Part shown: positions 1 to 11,732 of the stretch, one piece after another
Numbering within the stretch: the stretch's first letter is position 1
Layout of the letters: the number at the start of each line of letters is the position of its first letter
Origin: Dirinaria sp. TL-2023a
Taxonomy: Eukaryota
Direction: 5' to 3'
Length of the DNA stretch: 38,808 nt
NCBI GenBank assembly: GCA_051941275.1
Contig: JAVEBF010000053.1
Span: 1 to 38,808, forward strand
The notes under the pieces: generated by a model
What the model was told of the DNA's origin: nothing
What the model saw: only the letters and a program-made list of their open reading frames with translations
The model's database searches: none
Position numbers and translations under genes: made by a program

Positions 1-225
1 GGGGAGGGAGGAGGGGGAGTGGAGGGGAGAGATTGCTTTCAAAGGTACCCTGAATGACGGACTGACTGAGCTTGTATGTATGTATGTAGAATCAGAAATG
101 AGAAAATGGCGTGGCAGATTGCATACTATAGCAAAAAGTAAGTTGAGAAAAAAGAAGGTATGCCAATCAATGCGATACCAATACCATGCTCATGCAATGA
201 AATTTTATTAAGCCAATTCAGAACA

Positions 226-266
226 TGAGAGGAGAAAAAGAAAAAAAAAAAAAAAAAAAAAAAAAT
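226..266 (+). repeat. Purine-rich / poly(A) homopolymer tract downstream of the GH47 gene
   Basis: Long uninterrupted A run at about 241-265 preceded by AG-rich sequence. Confidence 0.8.
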
Positions 267-505
267 GAAAGGGAAGAAACAATTTCGATGTAAGATGGAA
301 AACTCCTCCATCTAATTGATCGACTGATTGATTGACTTCGCTAATAACAACTACCAAACGAACAAACGAGGCAAAAAAAGTCCCCTCTGATGAATTGTCT
401 GATTCCACCCTAGTAAAATAAAAAAGTACATACTGCACTCGCTCGGAAACTTCCCCCACAACAACAAGACAGATAGACTTAGTAGCACTGAACGAGCACC
501 TGGAT

Positions 506-2475
506 TCATGTCGTCGTCGGTCGTCTGAATGTATGTGCCTCGGTGTTCCTAATTTACTCAAAACATCAGTACATCATCTGTTCTACAATACTATGAAGAG
601 TGCGAAGAAAAAAAAGGGGGGGGGAGAAGGGACTCACAAAACAAACCGATCCAGATCCAAAACCCCCGGCTCGCTGAACACAGCATAGAAATACTTCAAC
701 GTCTCCGCGAGCCAGAAGCTTTCCATGCGATTATCCTTCTCCGGGTTAGGGGACACGGTCATGTCCACGATGGCGGCGTTGGCGATGTCCGTCCTCGTCG
801 CCTTCTCGATCGCGCGGAACATGTCCCACGCCGCGTCGGCGTACTTCTTCTCCCCCGTCAGCCGGTACAGGATGAAGACCGACTCGATGGCTTCCGGGCG
901 CAGGATGTATCTTCGATCTGGGATATCCGTGAAGCCGAGCGGCAGGCGCCGTTCTTTGATCAGGTACTCGGCGCGCGCGGTGCGGTCGTCGATCTTTTGC
1001 GATTTGGCGTCGTTCGCCTGTTCCGCGAGCACGGCGGCGTGGTAGGCTTGCAGGTCCCAGGTGCAGTTGTGTGCCGGGTCGGAGCCGGTGCAGGGGACCA
1101 TCCAGAAGACTTCGGGCATGATCCCCGTTTGCGTCGCGTTGTAGGCCCAGATGCAGCCGTCGACGAGTTTGCGCGCGATCGCCATGTCGGACGGCTGCGA
1201 GAACATTTTCGCTCCGATCCCGACCATCCCGCCTGTGAAGCAGCCGAGGTGTTGGCCTTTGGACTGGGAGTAGACGCGTGCTGCGGACCCTTCTTTCGGT
1301 GAAGCCCGAGCTCCACCTGAGACTAGAATGTCGGGGTTACCCGGTAGCATTGGTCGGAAGAAGATGTGCTCCTTGATTGGCTCCAATGCTGCATCGTACA
1401 TCTTCTGATATTGGTCTGTGAGTCCGCCTAGGAGTAGGTGCTGTTTAGGCAGGTACTCGTACGTGGAGTCTGCCATGCCACCCAGGGTAAAGCCTGTGTC
1501 TCTGAAGGTAAGGAAGCGGGCGTTGGCGAGGGTAGGCCAGAGGCCGGGTATGTGAGTCTTGGGTTGTACGTCGTGCAGGACATTGGTGATGCGCTGGATG
1601 GCGTCGAAGAATTTGGGGTCCGAAGTCAATTGGGAGAGGCGGGTGAACTCGAGAGTCAACGATCCAAGTTCGGCGATGAGGCTGTTTTCACCGGCTTCTT
1701 GCTTGATGCCTGAGAGACGGTCTTTCCACCTCCAGCGTGTGACCGGCATGCGGTTGGAGGTGTCAAAGGCGCCGTAGACCAGGTTTCCAACTTCTGTAGC
1801 CTTCTGCAATAGTTTGGGATACTTCCCATCGCTTATGTCGTACGCCCCGAGAAATCCCCCCATGTATCGGATTGTCGTCTCGAAGATGTTGATCATATCT
1901 GAGTCGGTGGTGCCGAAATCGATTTTGTCGAGGCTCTCGAGTGCGTGCTCAAATTCATCCTTCATGCCCATCATCCAGAGGGTGTCGAGGGTATCCACCA
2001 GAGTCGCAGCCCATCCTCCAAAGCTTTGCACAAACCCAGGCTTTAGAGGCGTGACTTCATCTTTCAGCCACGCATGTTTCTTGTAGCCCTCCCATGAATG
2101 CACGAAGCTGGCCTTCACGGCTGCTTGCCGTTCCAGTCTCTCCTTCTTGTCTGCTGGTGACTCCTCAGCAAAATCATGCTGCAACTTGGGGATCTTTGCC
2201 GGTGTTCCGGTGGGCAATGGGATGTACGACGTGACCGGATGCTTTTCTGGGAGTTTGCTGCCTTTTGGAATGTGCGGAATGGACTCAACATTGGATGTGG
2301 GAACCAGCAAAGGCGCTTGTCCAGCAGGCTTCCCTGCCGCTTCCTCTAAGGAAGTGCTTTCACGTTGATTTTCGAGCGGAGGCTCCGATACTGATTGAGC
2401 GTTGTAGAAATACCAGAAAAGGAAGATGAAGCCGAATGCGGTGATAAGGGAACCTGTCTTTCTTCTCGGAAGCAT
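506..2475 (-). CDS. Class I alpha-1,2-mannosidase (glycoside hydrolase family 47), type II membrane protein, about 626 aa; exons 2475-638, 548-506
   Basis: N-terminal TM anchor (LITAFGFIFLFWYFY). GH47 motifs: HSWEGYKKHAW, GGWAATLVDTLDTL, FETTIRYMGG, AELGSLTLEF, DSTYEYL, HLGCFTGG, YILRPEAIES, MESFWLAETLKY. Intron 549-637 (GTGAGT..CTGAT..TAG) restores the conserved C-terminal VLNTEAH motif. Confidence 0.95.
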
Positions 2476-3488
2476 GGTGACTAGAGTGCCGGACAATGAT
2501 GCAAGGAGCGGACGATGGAAACATCCATCAGATGAGCCGTGTGCAGGAGCAATTCACTCCAATGCATTTGTTGTGAGAAGATGACTGTCTTGAGAGCGTG
2601 TGCTGTCGACGGTGTGAAGAAGAGGCCATGAAGCCACTATTTCACATGACATCAAACCCTCCCCTTCCGCCGCCAACAGCAGCGCATCATTTATTCTATG
2701 GCCTCGTAGCCTTTTCAGCGCTCTTCTCGCCGTCTCGCGTCTATTCCTTGGCCTCTCGGGCGCTCCCCGGAGATTGTCCCCTGAGTCCCACGTTCCTGCG
2801 ACACTCCACATCTAAATAGCTCGATTATCGATATCAGTCGATATGCCTTGATGTCTCGATTTGCATCGAATATCTATATGAAAAAGTGATTGCCAATTCA
2901 ATTTTTATCAACTCCAACACGAGGCAAAATATCAAGTATCTACACACCTGAATGCCGCCTCCCGTCCTCCCAAACCAAGCAATTCCATCGTCCGCCCTTC
3001 GATTCTCCGTCCTTTCGAGTCTGAAGGCAGTGAGTAAATAGCGAGATGCAACATCGCAAATAAGAATCATGGCAGCATTTGAAATCGATCCCCCGTGTTG
3101 ACCCAGTACTTGACTTCGTCCATCATCTCCACGCCTCCTTGTAATTTTATATTCGAACGAAAGGAGACAGTTTCCTAAAAATTATTTCATAGCTATGTAA
3201 GCCGTCGAGAAAAGAAATGTAGGCTTTTTTTTTCTTTTTCTTTTTGTTTTGGTTTTTCTTTTTTCTTTTCTTTTTTTTGGTAGGTGGGGGTTTGTTCGGG
3301 GGCAAATGATTGATATTATTACCACTATTCTATCCAATAACAAAGCCAACAATATCCAAAGTACAAGCACAAACTCTCAAAACCCGCAAAAAAAAAATGC
3401 CAACCATCACCCACGTACTCTCTCATACATCACCAACCCAGCACCCAACGTCTCTACCTCTCTCCCTCTCCACGCCGCAACAACTACA

Positions 3489-5477
3489 CTACTGCGTCTG
3501 CGCCCCCTCATCCTCCCCATCCCACTCCAAATCACTATACTCGCTCTCCGAATCGTCAACATTATCGTGGCCATCCCCGCTATCGAGTCCCGGAGCATCC
3601 ACCGCCTGCGGAGGATCGACGGGCTCGATCGCAATGCCATTCGCAGTCCCGTCCCGCTTGTTCTTCGCTGAAGTCTCATCGTCATCGTCGTACGAACCGG
3701 TGAAGATCTCTTCTTTTTCTTCTGATTCTTCTTCGCCGTCGAAGGGAGAACGGGTGTAGATGTCTGACTCGTTTTCGGGGTCAGCATCAGGGTTATACGA
3801 CTTAAAGAAAGTATCGTCGTCGTCATAAGCCCGGGTGTCAAGATCTAAGTCATACTCAGGATCGTTGGTCTCGAAATCTTCATAAACTTCGCTGTCGTCA
3901 TAAGAACGGGTGTAGATGTCTGAATCGTTTTCGGGGTCAGTATCAGGGTTGTATGTTCTGAAGAAATCATCGTCGTCGTCGTCGTCGTCGTAAGCCCGGG
4001 TGTCAAGATCCAAGTCATACTCAGGATCGTTGGTCTCGTAATTTTCGTAGATGTCGCTCTCGTCGTAAGAACGGCTATCGAGTTCCAAGTCGTATTCCGG
4101 ATCAAACGCCTCAGAATCGTTGAAACCTTCCTCTTCTTCAAGCGCGCGAGCTTCGATCTCTTCTACATCCAATGCAGCGTTATCATAACCCGTATACGAA
4201 TCGTTGTCGTCACCGTCATCCGAATCGAGCTCGTAGGTTGCTATGGAGATAGAGTCAAGATCGCGTTTTTCTTCCAAGGGCATGTCGGTATCGTCAGAGG
4301 AGGAGTCATTGATACTCTCGTCATAGTAAATGTCGGTGGAGTGTTCGTCATCGAAAGAGCGCTGTTCAATCTTCTGATCGTATTCCGCGGCCTCGTAATC
4401 GTAGTAGTCGAAGTCACCCTCTTCCACCCCTCGTTTTTCAAACTCTTCATTCCGCTCACTATCATCATCATCATCCGTATCCACACCAGCGTCTTGAAAG
4501 CCGAGATCAGTAATGTCTCGCGTATCGAGGTTTGGATCTTCCTCCGCTGAGAAGTCATCAAAAGCTTCGTAATCAGATCCCGTGGACTCCTCATCATCAA
4601 ACGAACGCTTCTGAGGTTGATATTTGTTCTGAGGACAAGAGGAGCCGACGCAGCAGTAGATGGCGGAGTCGTCGCAGTGCGGGTTTGTAACGGGCTGGAA
4701 ATCCTGAGGGTAGGTCATCGCGTTGCCTTGGCATGGTTGGAAGAAAGGGTCGGCTTGGGTTCCTGGGGCTTGCGCTGAGCTGCGTAGAGGCTTGACGAAG
4801 ATTAGCATGCATTGAATAGTGACAGGGTTCATGGAGCTCACATTATAGCATGTATCTGCTGGCCCGGGCTCTGGACATTCGGTGCCCGTATGCTCAAGTG
4901 CGGTATTGCACCCGGCAACCACTGTGCCTTGGCAGGAGCAGACACTAAATTGGTGATATTAGTTTTGCTTGGTTTCTGAGGGACAAATTTAAGGAAGCCG
5001 GGTGGGAGAAGAGTCGAACGTACATTGGAACCGAATATCCCTCTATGTAGCTCACGTCGAAGGATGAGAACCCATTGATGAAGCTCCCTACTATCATGCT
5101 GCCTCGATTGAGTACAGCTGGATCGTCGCTTTTGCCAATCATTATACGCCCCGCCCAGCCTGTTGGATACACCTAAAGAAGAAATCCTTGGTCAGCATTC
5201 GTATTTGGGGTATAGGTTGTTAGAAGCCCCGGGAGTGTTTAGTACGTACACCCATAGCGGAAGACCCCAAAGCCCCGTTGCTCACGCCATTGATAGCATT
5301 TGGGCTATTTGGGTTGTTGGCCCAACTGACGTAGTAGCCAGGGCCGGCTCGGTTTTCTATGTTGATGGTGAAAGTGCCAGCGGCCCTGCGCTGGACTCTC
5401 TGGTGCCTAGTTGGGCCTGCTAGTGCCGTGGTACTCAGGGCAAGCACAGTGAAGACTGCAGTGGGTGCGAAACGCAT
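3489..5477 (-). CDS. Secreted small thaumatin-like (osmotin/PR-5-like) protein with a ~370-aa acidic repetitive C-terminal tail, about 593 aa; exons 5477-5250, 5172-5024, 4944-4842, 4790-3489
   Basis: Signal peptide MRFAPTAVFTVLALSTTALA, then a pro-segment ending VQRR. The spliced domain reads YPTGWAGRI..FDVSYIEGYSVPIVCSCQGTVVAGCN..CP..CYNP..PFFQPCQGNAMTYPQD..CCVG with 10 Cys, matching small fungal thaumatin-like proteins. Three introns with canonical GTACGT/GTACGT/GTGAGC donors, CTRAY branch sites and AG acceptors keep the frame. Confidence 0.8.
3748..4068 (-). repeat. Intragenic tandem duplication (units of 156 and 165 bp) in the acidic tail
   Basis: gaacgggtgtagatgtctga at 3748 and 3904; taagcccgggtgtcaagatc at 3826 and 3991. 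Encodes SYD..ETNDPEYDLDLDTRAYDDDD..FF..YNPD.DPEN.SDIYTR twice. Confidence 0.9.
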
Positions 5478-6755
5478 CTTTGCAAGCAGTATCCGCAGCT
5501 AGATAGAGATAGAAAAATGTGAAATGATCAGATATAGAGAAGGCTTGGATTGTAAATTTAAAGTATAGTACGAGCTGAATTGAATGTAAAATTTTCTGGA
5601 AAAGATCGACTGTAGGAATCATGAAGAGAAAAGACTGGACAGGTATTCGAAGGACCTCTCATACTGGATGAGGTGAAATGATACAAAGAGCTCTGGAAAG
5701 CACCTTCATCAAGAGAATGGGTAGCTATTGAGTTCTAGAATTCTTTGTCCCGCGAAAATTATAGGCCACGTGCAAGCCGTAGTCATGTTCTTATCTGCGA
5801 TGAGGGCCCTAATTAAAGGTTGTCTTTGTTGTTGATTGCATTGTAATGCTGGATGGTGGAGCCTGACCCTTTCGTCTTAACAACGCGCATTCTTTGTCTG
5901 TATGAAACTCTGAAGCTCTTGCATCCTGGCACTACTTTTGCTAATGCAGCTTGCGCGCTATGCGTGGTATACTATAAAACGCTCCGTTGGAGAGGTTGTA
6001 TGTTAACACGCCAAAGAAGCTAAGATCCGGATGAGCTTTCCGGGTCTTGTACCAACTCTTCGTGCTGAAAATACTAGGATCGAATCCGCAGCCATAAGTT
6101 TATGGGGACCTTGTTAGAAATTGCGTATACTGTGATTGTGTTTAGAGAACCCCCCCAAAAAGAAAGAAACCCATAGCTTTCGAACGATAAAGAAATCCTT
6201 GAGCAGAAAAATAAAGCAGCCGTATTGCACGGAGAGATTAACGCCCAAGATCCGTTTCCTATTATGTGCGGAACTTTGACTAGTAGCTGTCCAAGCTATC
6301 TATCCCAAGACTAGAGGCTAGAACGCATCACTATCCTGTTTCTTGCATGCTCAACCGAAGCCGTTCCTCTCTTTGCTGCTGCGTACCGTATTATGAGACT
6401 TTTTGAATTTCGTAGAGGTGTGCATTGACTTCATGCTCCAACTGCTAGATGGACTGAAGACGAGAACTAAGTCGGAAGCGCTTCACGGCTAGGACCACTC
6501 GTTCATGGGTAATTTCGAACTTTTGCAAAAAAGAAGCTCTCGCCGCTGAATGAAGCGACCCAATGTAGACAGAACATGATTATTCTGCTTCTGAACAGCA
6601 CCATAAGCAATCTAGGAAATGGTATGATCCCAGGATTTCCTCTGGAGCGATACCGATTGGGGACATGAAATGTGCACTAAGCACTGACAGAGGGGGATAG
6701 AGGAAAGTGCATATTGTATGTCCAAATAGCTTTGAACAAGAGAAAAGCACCTACA

Positions 6756-7561
6756 TCAATTCCGAATCCTCAAAGCCTCGCACCACTGCCTTACCAAACC
6801 ATCTCCTTCGCCAAGGCCAGCGACATGCACACTCTCCCTCGCGCCCTTTATCTCCAGTGACTCCCAGAAAGCTTGAACAAACGCTTCTGGCTCTTCAACC
6901 GGTTCTTTTCCTTGTCCACCGGTCCACGCAATTTCCACAATTGCCCCTCTGGCGAGTGCAGCGCCTGGGCCATAACCCTGTACCAGCTCCCCTATGCGGA
7001 TGTTGTAGTCTGCAACCTGAAATGCCTGGCCATTCCTGACACTCAGAGACTGCCTTTGGGTCCATAGCGGTCCAAATTTCGCGTTGAGGAGCTGAAGGAA
7101 GTCGTGGCTCGGGTTACCAGCGGGTATGGAGACGATTGTGGCGGGCTCACCACTTATCTCGCTACTACTCACTGTCGAGCTCGCGGGCGTGCCCACTCGT
7201 GTTTGTGACGGCGGGAAAACGGTCGTGATGGCTACATAGCTACGGCCTGGCAGGTGCGAGAGGCCTAGGACTTGTAAGTAGCGTGTTGCGGAAGGTTTGG
7301 GCTGCTCGTCAGCAGCCAGGTTCAATGAGACTGGAGCTGAAGGGCTGGGTGTTTCGCGAAAGAGGCGATGGTCCAGTGTCCAGTTTGGAAGCGGAGAGGT
7401 GTCATATTGGGAATTGAGGCGATTGAAGAGCTCGGTAAAAGGTGATGACTGCGCGGAACGGGCTGGTACGAAGTAGACTCTTTCATGCGAGGTTAGTGAA
7501 GATCAAGGGTAGAGTTCTTTACCTTATGGCGGAAGAGGGTGACTAACCCTGTCGCCGGCAT
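6756..7561 (-). CDS. MED20: Mediator complex subunit 20 (Med20/Srb2 family), about 245 aa; exons 7561-7548, 7479-6756
   Basis: Spliced N-terminus MPATGVYFVP..WTLDHRLFRETP, then RYLQVLGLSH and KFGPLWTQRQSLSVRNGQAFQVADYNIRIGEL, typical of fungal Med20. Intron 7480-7547 GTTAGT..CTAAC..AAG. Confidence 0.8.
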
Positions 7562-7815
7562 GATTCGTTATCAATGTAGCACTCGGGTCTCTAGTACGCA
7601 TAATATCAAGCAAAGCCAAAAAAACATTCGATGACAATTGTGACGTTTCATGTAATATATTGCAAATTGCATAAGGCAGAGCTTTTGGAACACAGTGAAG
7701 CGAATATGGTTACTTATTACTGTAAAAATGTGTGCTTCATCAGTATCACATGTTCTATGCACACACACACTCTACATGTTGGCGTTCCCTGGATAGGATT
7801 TTCATCGCGGTCCGC

Positions 7816-9240
7816 TCAAGATCCGCCGCTTTCCGCTCGCAGTAGCTCAGCGACATCATCATCCAAATCAGCCATTGCATCTCCACTGCCAAACCCTGTA
7901 TAATCGTCGTCCAGTCTCCGTTTCTTGGCCGGTCCGGCGCCACCAGGACTACCCGAGTGTGCTCGTGTGGGCCCCGTAACTGTATTGGAAGCATATTCGG
8001 CGTGCTTTGTGATACCGGCCGCCCCCCTGGCGGTAGCTGGCTGGAATGGCGGCAACGTTGACGGACCTCGAGCATCAGCGTCCACTTGGTGCTGGGGACT
8101 TGCATCCGGAGGAACCACTGCCTGTGCTCCAGAATGAGGCGAGCCTACAGGAGTGAAGGACTCAACAGGTGGTGGTGTCAACTCCTCCGGCTGTGGCCTT
8201 TCGGGCTCTACAGACCCAGTATCCATGTGCGGCGTTCCTTTCCCATTCACTTTCGTCTCTCTGGCCAGGCTCGCATGATTCTGTGACGCCTCTTCTGCAG
8301 ATAACCCTCGCATGATCCCATCCTCCACCTCTCGCTTCTTTGCTTCGATTGTAGTTTTGCGGCTGGTCAACTCGAATTGCTGGCTTTCTTCTTTGGTTAA
8401 AGACGCTTTGTTTGTCTCTACGAGCTTTTCCATCGCTGCCAGTAGCGCTTTTCGTGCTTTGATGCTCTCGTTGACGGCCCCCTCTGCGCTTGCCAGCGAT
8501 TTGAGAAGTGCGCTCAATCTCGCAGCGTGGACTGGCGGGGTTGGGACGGCTTTTGAGGGATCCGTGAGTTTATCGTACTCGGTATTGGCGGTCTGGGAAG
8601 CGTTCGTGGTCGTAGCGGTCGCTTTGGTAACGGCAATTTGGAGAGATACCAGAGGCTGGAGCTCGGGAGGTGCGGAACTTGAGGATGAAAGCGAGCCTCC
8701 TAGCAGACCCTTTCTGCCGCTTGAGCGAGTTTTGTCCAATTCTCCAAGCTGTTAGCTCAATGACTGCAGCAGAACCCCAAAAACTATACCATCCACACGT
8801 GCCTCCACGGCCTCTTGTATCGAAGAGTCGAAGATTGACCTCTGCCTCCATATTTCAATGGACCGGCGCAGCTTCTGCTGAATTTCGTAAGGCGCACCGG
8901 CGTAGGCTATTGCAGTGGCTTCAGCGATGATCTGGTCAGAGGGATCAGTCAGTGCCTTGCAACTGAATGCTCGGTCCTGAGAATTACGTACTGGTGAGAA
9001 AGCAATTATGAAATCGTCCTTCTTCCTAGCTCTAGACTGTTGAGCAACTTCGTTTGCCAGATATATGAGGTTGAGCCTCTTATTCGACCCAGAGTCCTTG
9101 ACCTTCTGTAGCCATGTCATTGCAGTGCGATCCGCGTAGCGTCGATGGAACATGACCCATTGAGCGACAGCGACAATACTGTCCTGGGTTTCATTGAGAG
9201 CAGACAGCTTTGCTTTGACGCCATCATCAGTGTAGGACAT
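7816..9240 (-). CDS. RTT103: RNA polymerase II CTD-interacting domain (CID/RPR) protein, Rtt103/RPRD1-like, about 438 aa; exons 9240-8992, 8931-8790, 8741-7816
   Basis: MSYTDDGVKAKLSALNETQDSIVAVAQWVMFHRR..KRLNLIYLANEVAQQSR..IWRQRSIF is a CID domain, followed by a coiled-coil region and a disordered tail with NLS (PAKKRR). Introns 8932-8991 and 8742-8789 have canonical signals. Confidence 0.85.
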
Positions 9241-10243
9241 CCTGAATCGCACCAATTATTATGTTGAAGGAATATTATTTACATTTATGGTTTACCCTTT
9301 CCGAGATGTCGAGATCATGGCTCGTACGGGTTGTCCCGATAGTGAACTCATTTAGCTTGTCTTGGCAGAGAGCGATCCCTGCCTCCTGCCTACTGTCCAT
9401 GGGAGCAGAAATGCAACCTGACGATGCCAATATTACAGTAGTAACTTGTGCAGTCTCTTTCAGTTTGTTGAGAAGATAGAGAAGTAAATATTCAATCCGC
9501 TAACACTATTGCACAACTTTTCCACAAATACTGTATTGATGCTTCGGGCATTAAGAGTCATCAAGAGTCATCAAGAGTCAGTCGTATTATCACTCTACCT
9601 TAACACTTGTTTTGAGGCTCAATTCCATTTCCCTAGGCGAGTAGTTAATATATCAGCGACGGATAACATTCAATTGAGGCCCATCTGGTCTGTTATCTAA
9701 GGAGGCAAGATCGACCATTTATTCGCCGCTCAATATATAATCTCACGTGGGTTTGTTGGATTGGCAGCCAAGGATACTGAGTGACCAAGAAAAGCAAGAA
9801 AAGGCTGGATATCCTTAGGGTCGCCGAAGGGATCCAGGACTCTGTCTTGGTCAGAAAATTATGTCCAGGGTTGTAGATTCTCAAAGATTTCATGACATTC
9901 AGAGTAAATTGTCGAAGGACCTCATACCTTGAATCTACGCAAAAGTAGTAGTAATCGTCGGAGAGAAAAAAAATCAAGCCTGATTTGGCCGATTTGGCAA
10001 AGCCAAGATGGAATAGGGCTGGACCAAATCACTTTGCTCAATATCAGTAAGCACACCTTAGAAACAAAAACGAGGTTGTTGTTCATAAGCTTCCAACAAT
10101 TTCCTGGATCCACTCGCCCTACAAGTTTTCCGATAGACATATGAGCATATAAGGTACGAACTCGCGGACTCGCAAAGCCTAATCTGTGGATGATGCTGTT
10201 GCGCCACTTGATACTTACAAGCAATATGAATGCCTTCGTTCCT

Positions 10244-11568
10244 TCATGGAAGCCAAGTTAGGGTCCTCGTCTTCTCTCCTCTCCGAAATGGCACGACTTG
10301 CAGGCTTCCATCCTCATTTTCCAGGATGTGGGTAATTCTCTCCGTTCCTTTGGTTAACTCAATCCTTGCATTCTTTGATGTCTCCAGCCCGTAGAATGCA
10401 CGGCCATACTCGCTCAAGAATCCATTGATTTTCTCCAACGTAACATCTTCTTCTTTTACTGCTCCTGTCTCGACAGCTATTTCTAGCGCCTCTATGACCA
10501 ATTGAGTCGCATAAGATTGGGTGAAAACGCCTGCTGCACTTTTATCCTTACTATATTTCGAAGTAATAGGATGCGGAGCGCTATCCGAGCCAAAGAAGAA
10601 CTTAGGATTGCCAGAAATTAAGGCATGTAATAGAGCCGTCCTATCAGCGAATGTTTTGGCCACAGGCTTGCAATAGTTGATTGGATCTCCTGCCCAGTCG
10701 TCAACTGTTAGGTGAATGTGATGGGCTGTTATGGTCGCGGCCACGCGTTGTCCGAGCTTCTTCACCATCTCAACAGCTTCCACGGTGGAAACATGCTCGA
10801 GAATAATCCTGAGTCGCGGAAAGGTCTGAGCGAGTCTGGCTAAAATTGGCAGGAACTCTGATTCGGCATTCCAGATTGTTACACCACCTTTGGAAGGGCA
10901 CTCTCCATGGAGATTGAGAACCATATCTTCTTCTTCCATTTGCTTGAAGATTGGGTAATAGGAAGTGTAGTCCACGACGCCTGAGGAGCTATTGGTCGTC
11001 ACGCCAGCAGGATAGCTTTTCACGCCTGTTATGCCTGCGCGTTTGGCTTCGATTATGGTCTCTACAGTCATGGACTCGTGCAAGTAAAGAGACATCAAAA
11101 ATTCCACGTTGGGCTCTAATGCTTGGAGCTTGCTGCGATATTCCACGGCTTGCTTGGCAGTGGTAATGGGAGGAGTGAGATTGGGCATCTATGAGTTTCT
11201 TCTCAGTTAAGTAGTCTGCCTTAGAGACAGATCTAGAGCGGCGAGACAAGCCTTCAAGAAGCTGATCGTAATGGCGACGTACAACGTAGACACAATTGAC
11301 TCCTCCATTACGAATCGTGGGAACAACCAGGCTCATCATGGGCCCATCTCTAAGGTGCACTACCTCAGAGGACGCCGTGGTCAGTCTAGCGGAGTTCAAT
11401 GTGGCTTGAGCTCTTGCGCACCATGGAAATCTGTATCAAGAACCTCAAGTTACTAAGGACATTTGTCAAGTAACATTCGAAGTCCGGTCTGAGATAGAAA
11501 TTAAAATGAAAGAATTGATTACCAGCAGATGCAGGCAGTGCCATCGTCTTCTCCCTGAACGACGACAT
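10244..11568 (-). CDS. URA4: Dihydroorotase (homodimeric type), about 358 aa; exons 11568-11523, 11430-11422, 11359-11283, 11188-10244
   Basis: Spliced LPASADFHVHLRDG, VYVMPNL.PP, GVKSYPAGVTTNS, LNLHGE, LEHVST, TITAHH, CKPVAK, FFGSDSAPH. The start could alternatively be the in-frame ATG at 11544. Confidence 0.95.
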
Positions 11569-11732
11569 GATTCTTCTTGGCAAATGCAGACTTCAGAAGG
11601 AGACTTTTCAAGCAATTTTGTCCGTAAGAATGTCTGCTCCGGTCAAAATGTTCATGTGTAAGTTCGTTTGCAAATAGTTGTATCAATTGCTACCACATGA
11701 TCCAGGGCAGTCGATCAAAATGGAAACAAGGA

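Noticed and set aside
1..30. G-rich tract, possible G-quadruplex or telomere-like sequence
   Set aside because: Truncated at the window edge, irregular, and not TTAGGG repeats
126..311. 61-aa poly-Phe ORF, and similar ORFs at 208-561 and 3182-3370
   Set aside because: Products of homopolymer tracts
3489..5477. Dikaritin/ustiloxin-type RiPP biosynthetic cluster around the repeat protein
   Set aside because: No DUF3328/UstYa, tyrosinase, P450 or transporter-like tailoring genes recognised nearby; the neighbours are housekeeping genes
6022..6048. 10-bp hairpin AAGATCCGGA/TCCGGGTCTT
   Set aside because: Isolated short inverted repeat, compatible with chance; no associated element
9553..9580. 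Short tandem repeat (AAGAGTCATC) x ~2.8
   Set aside because: Simple slippage duplication with no evident function
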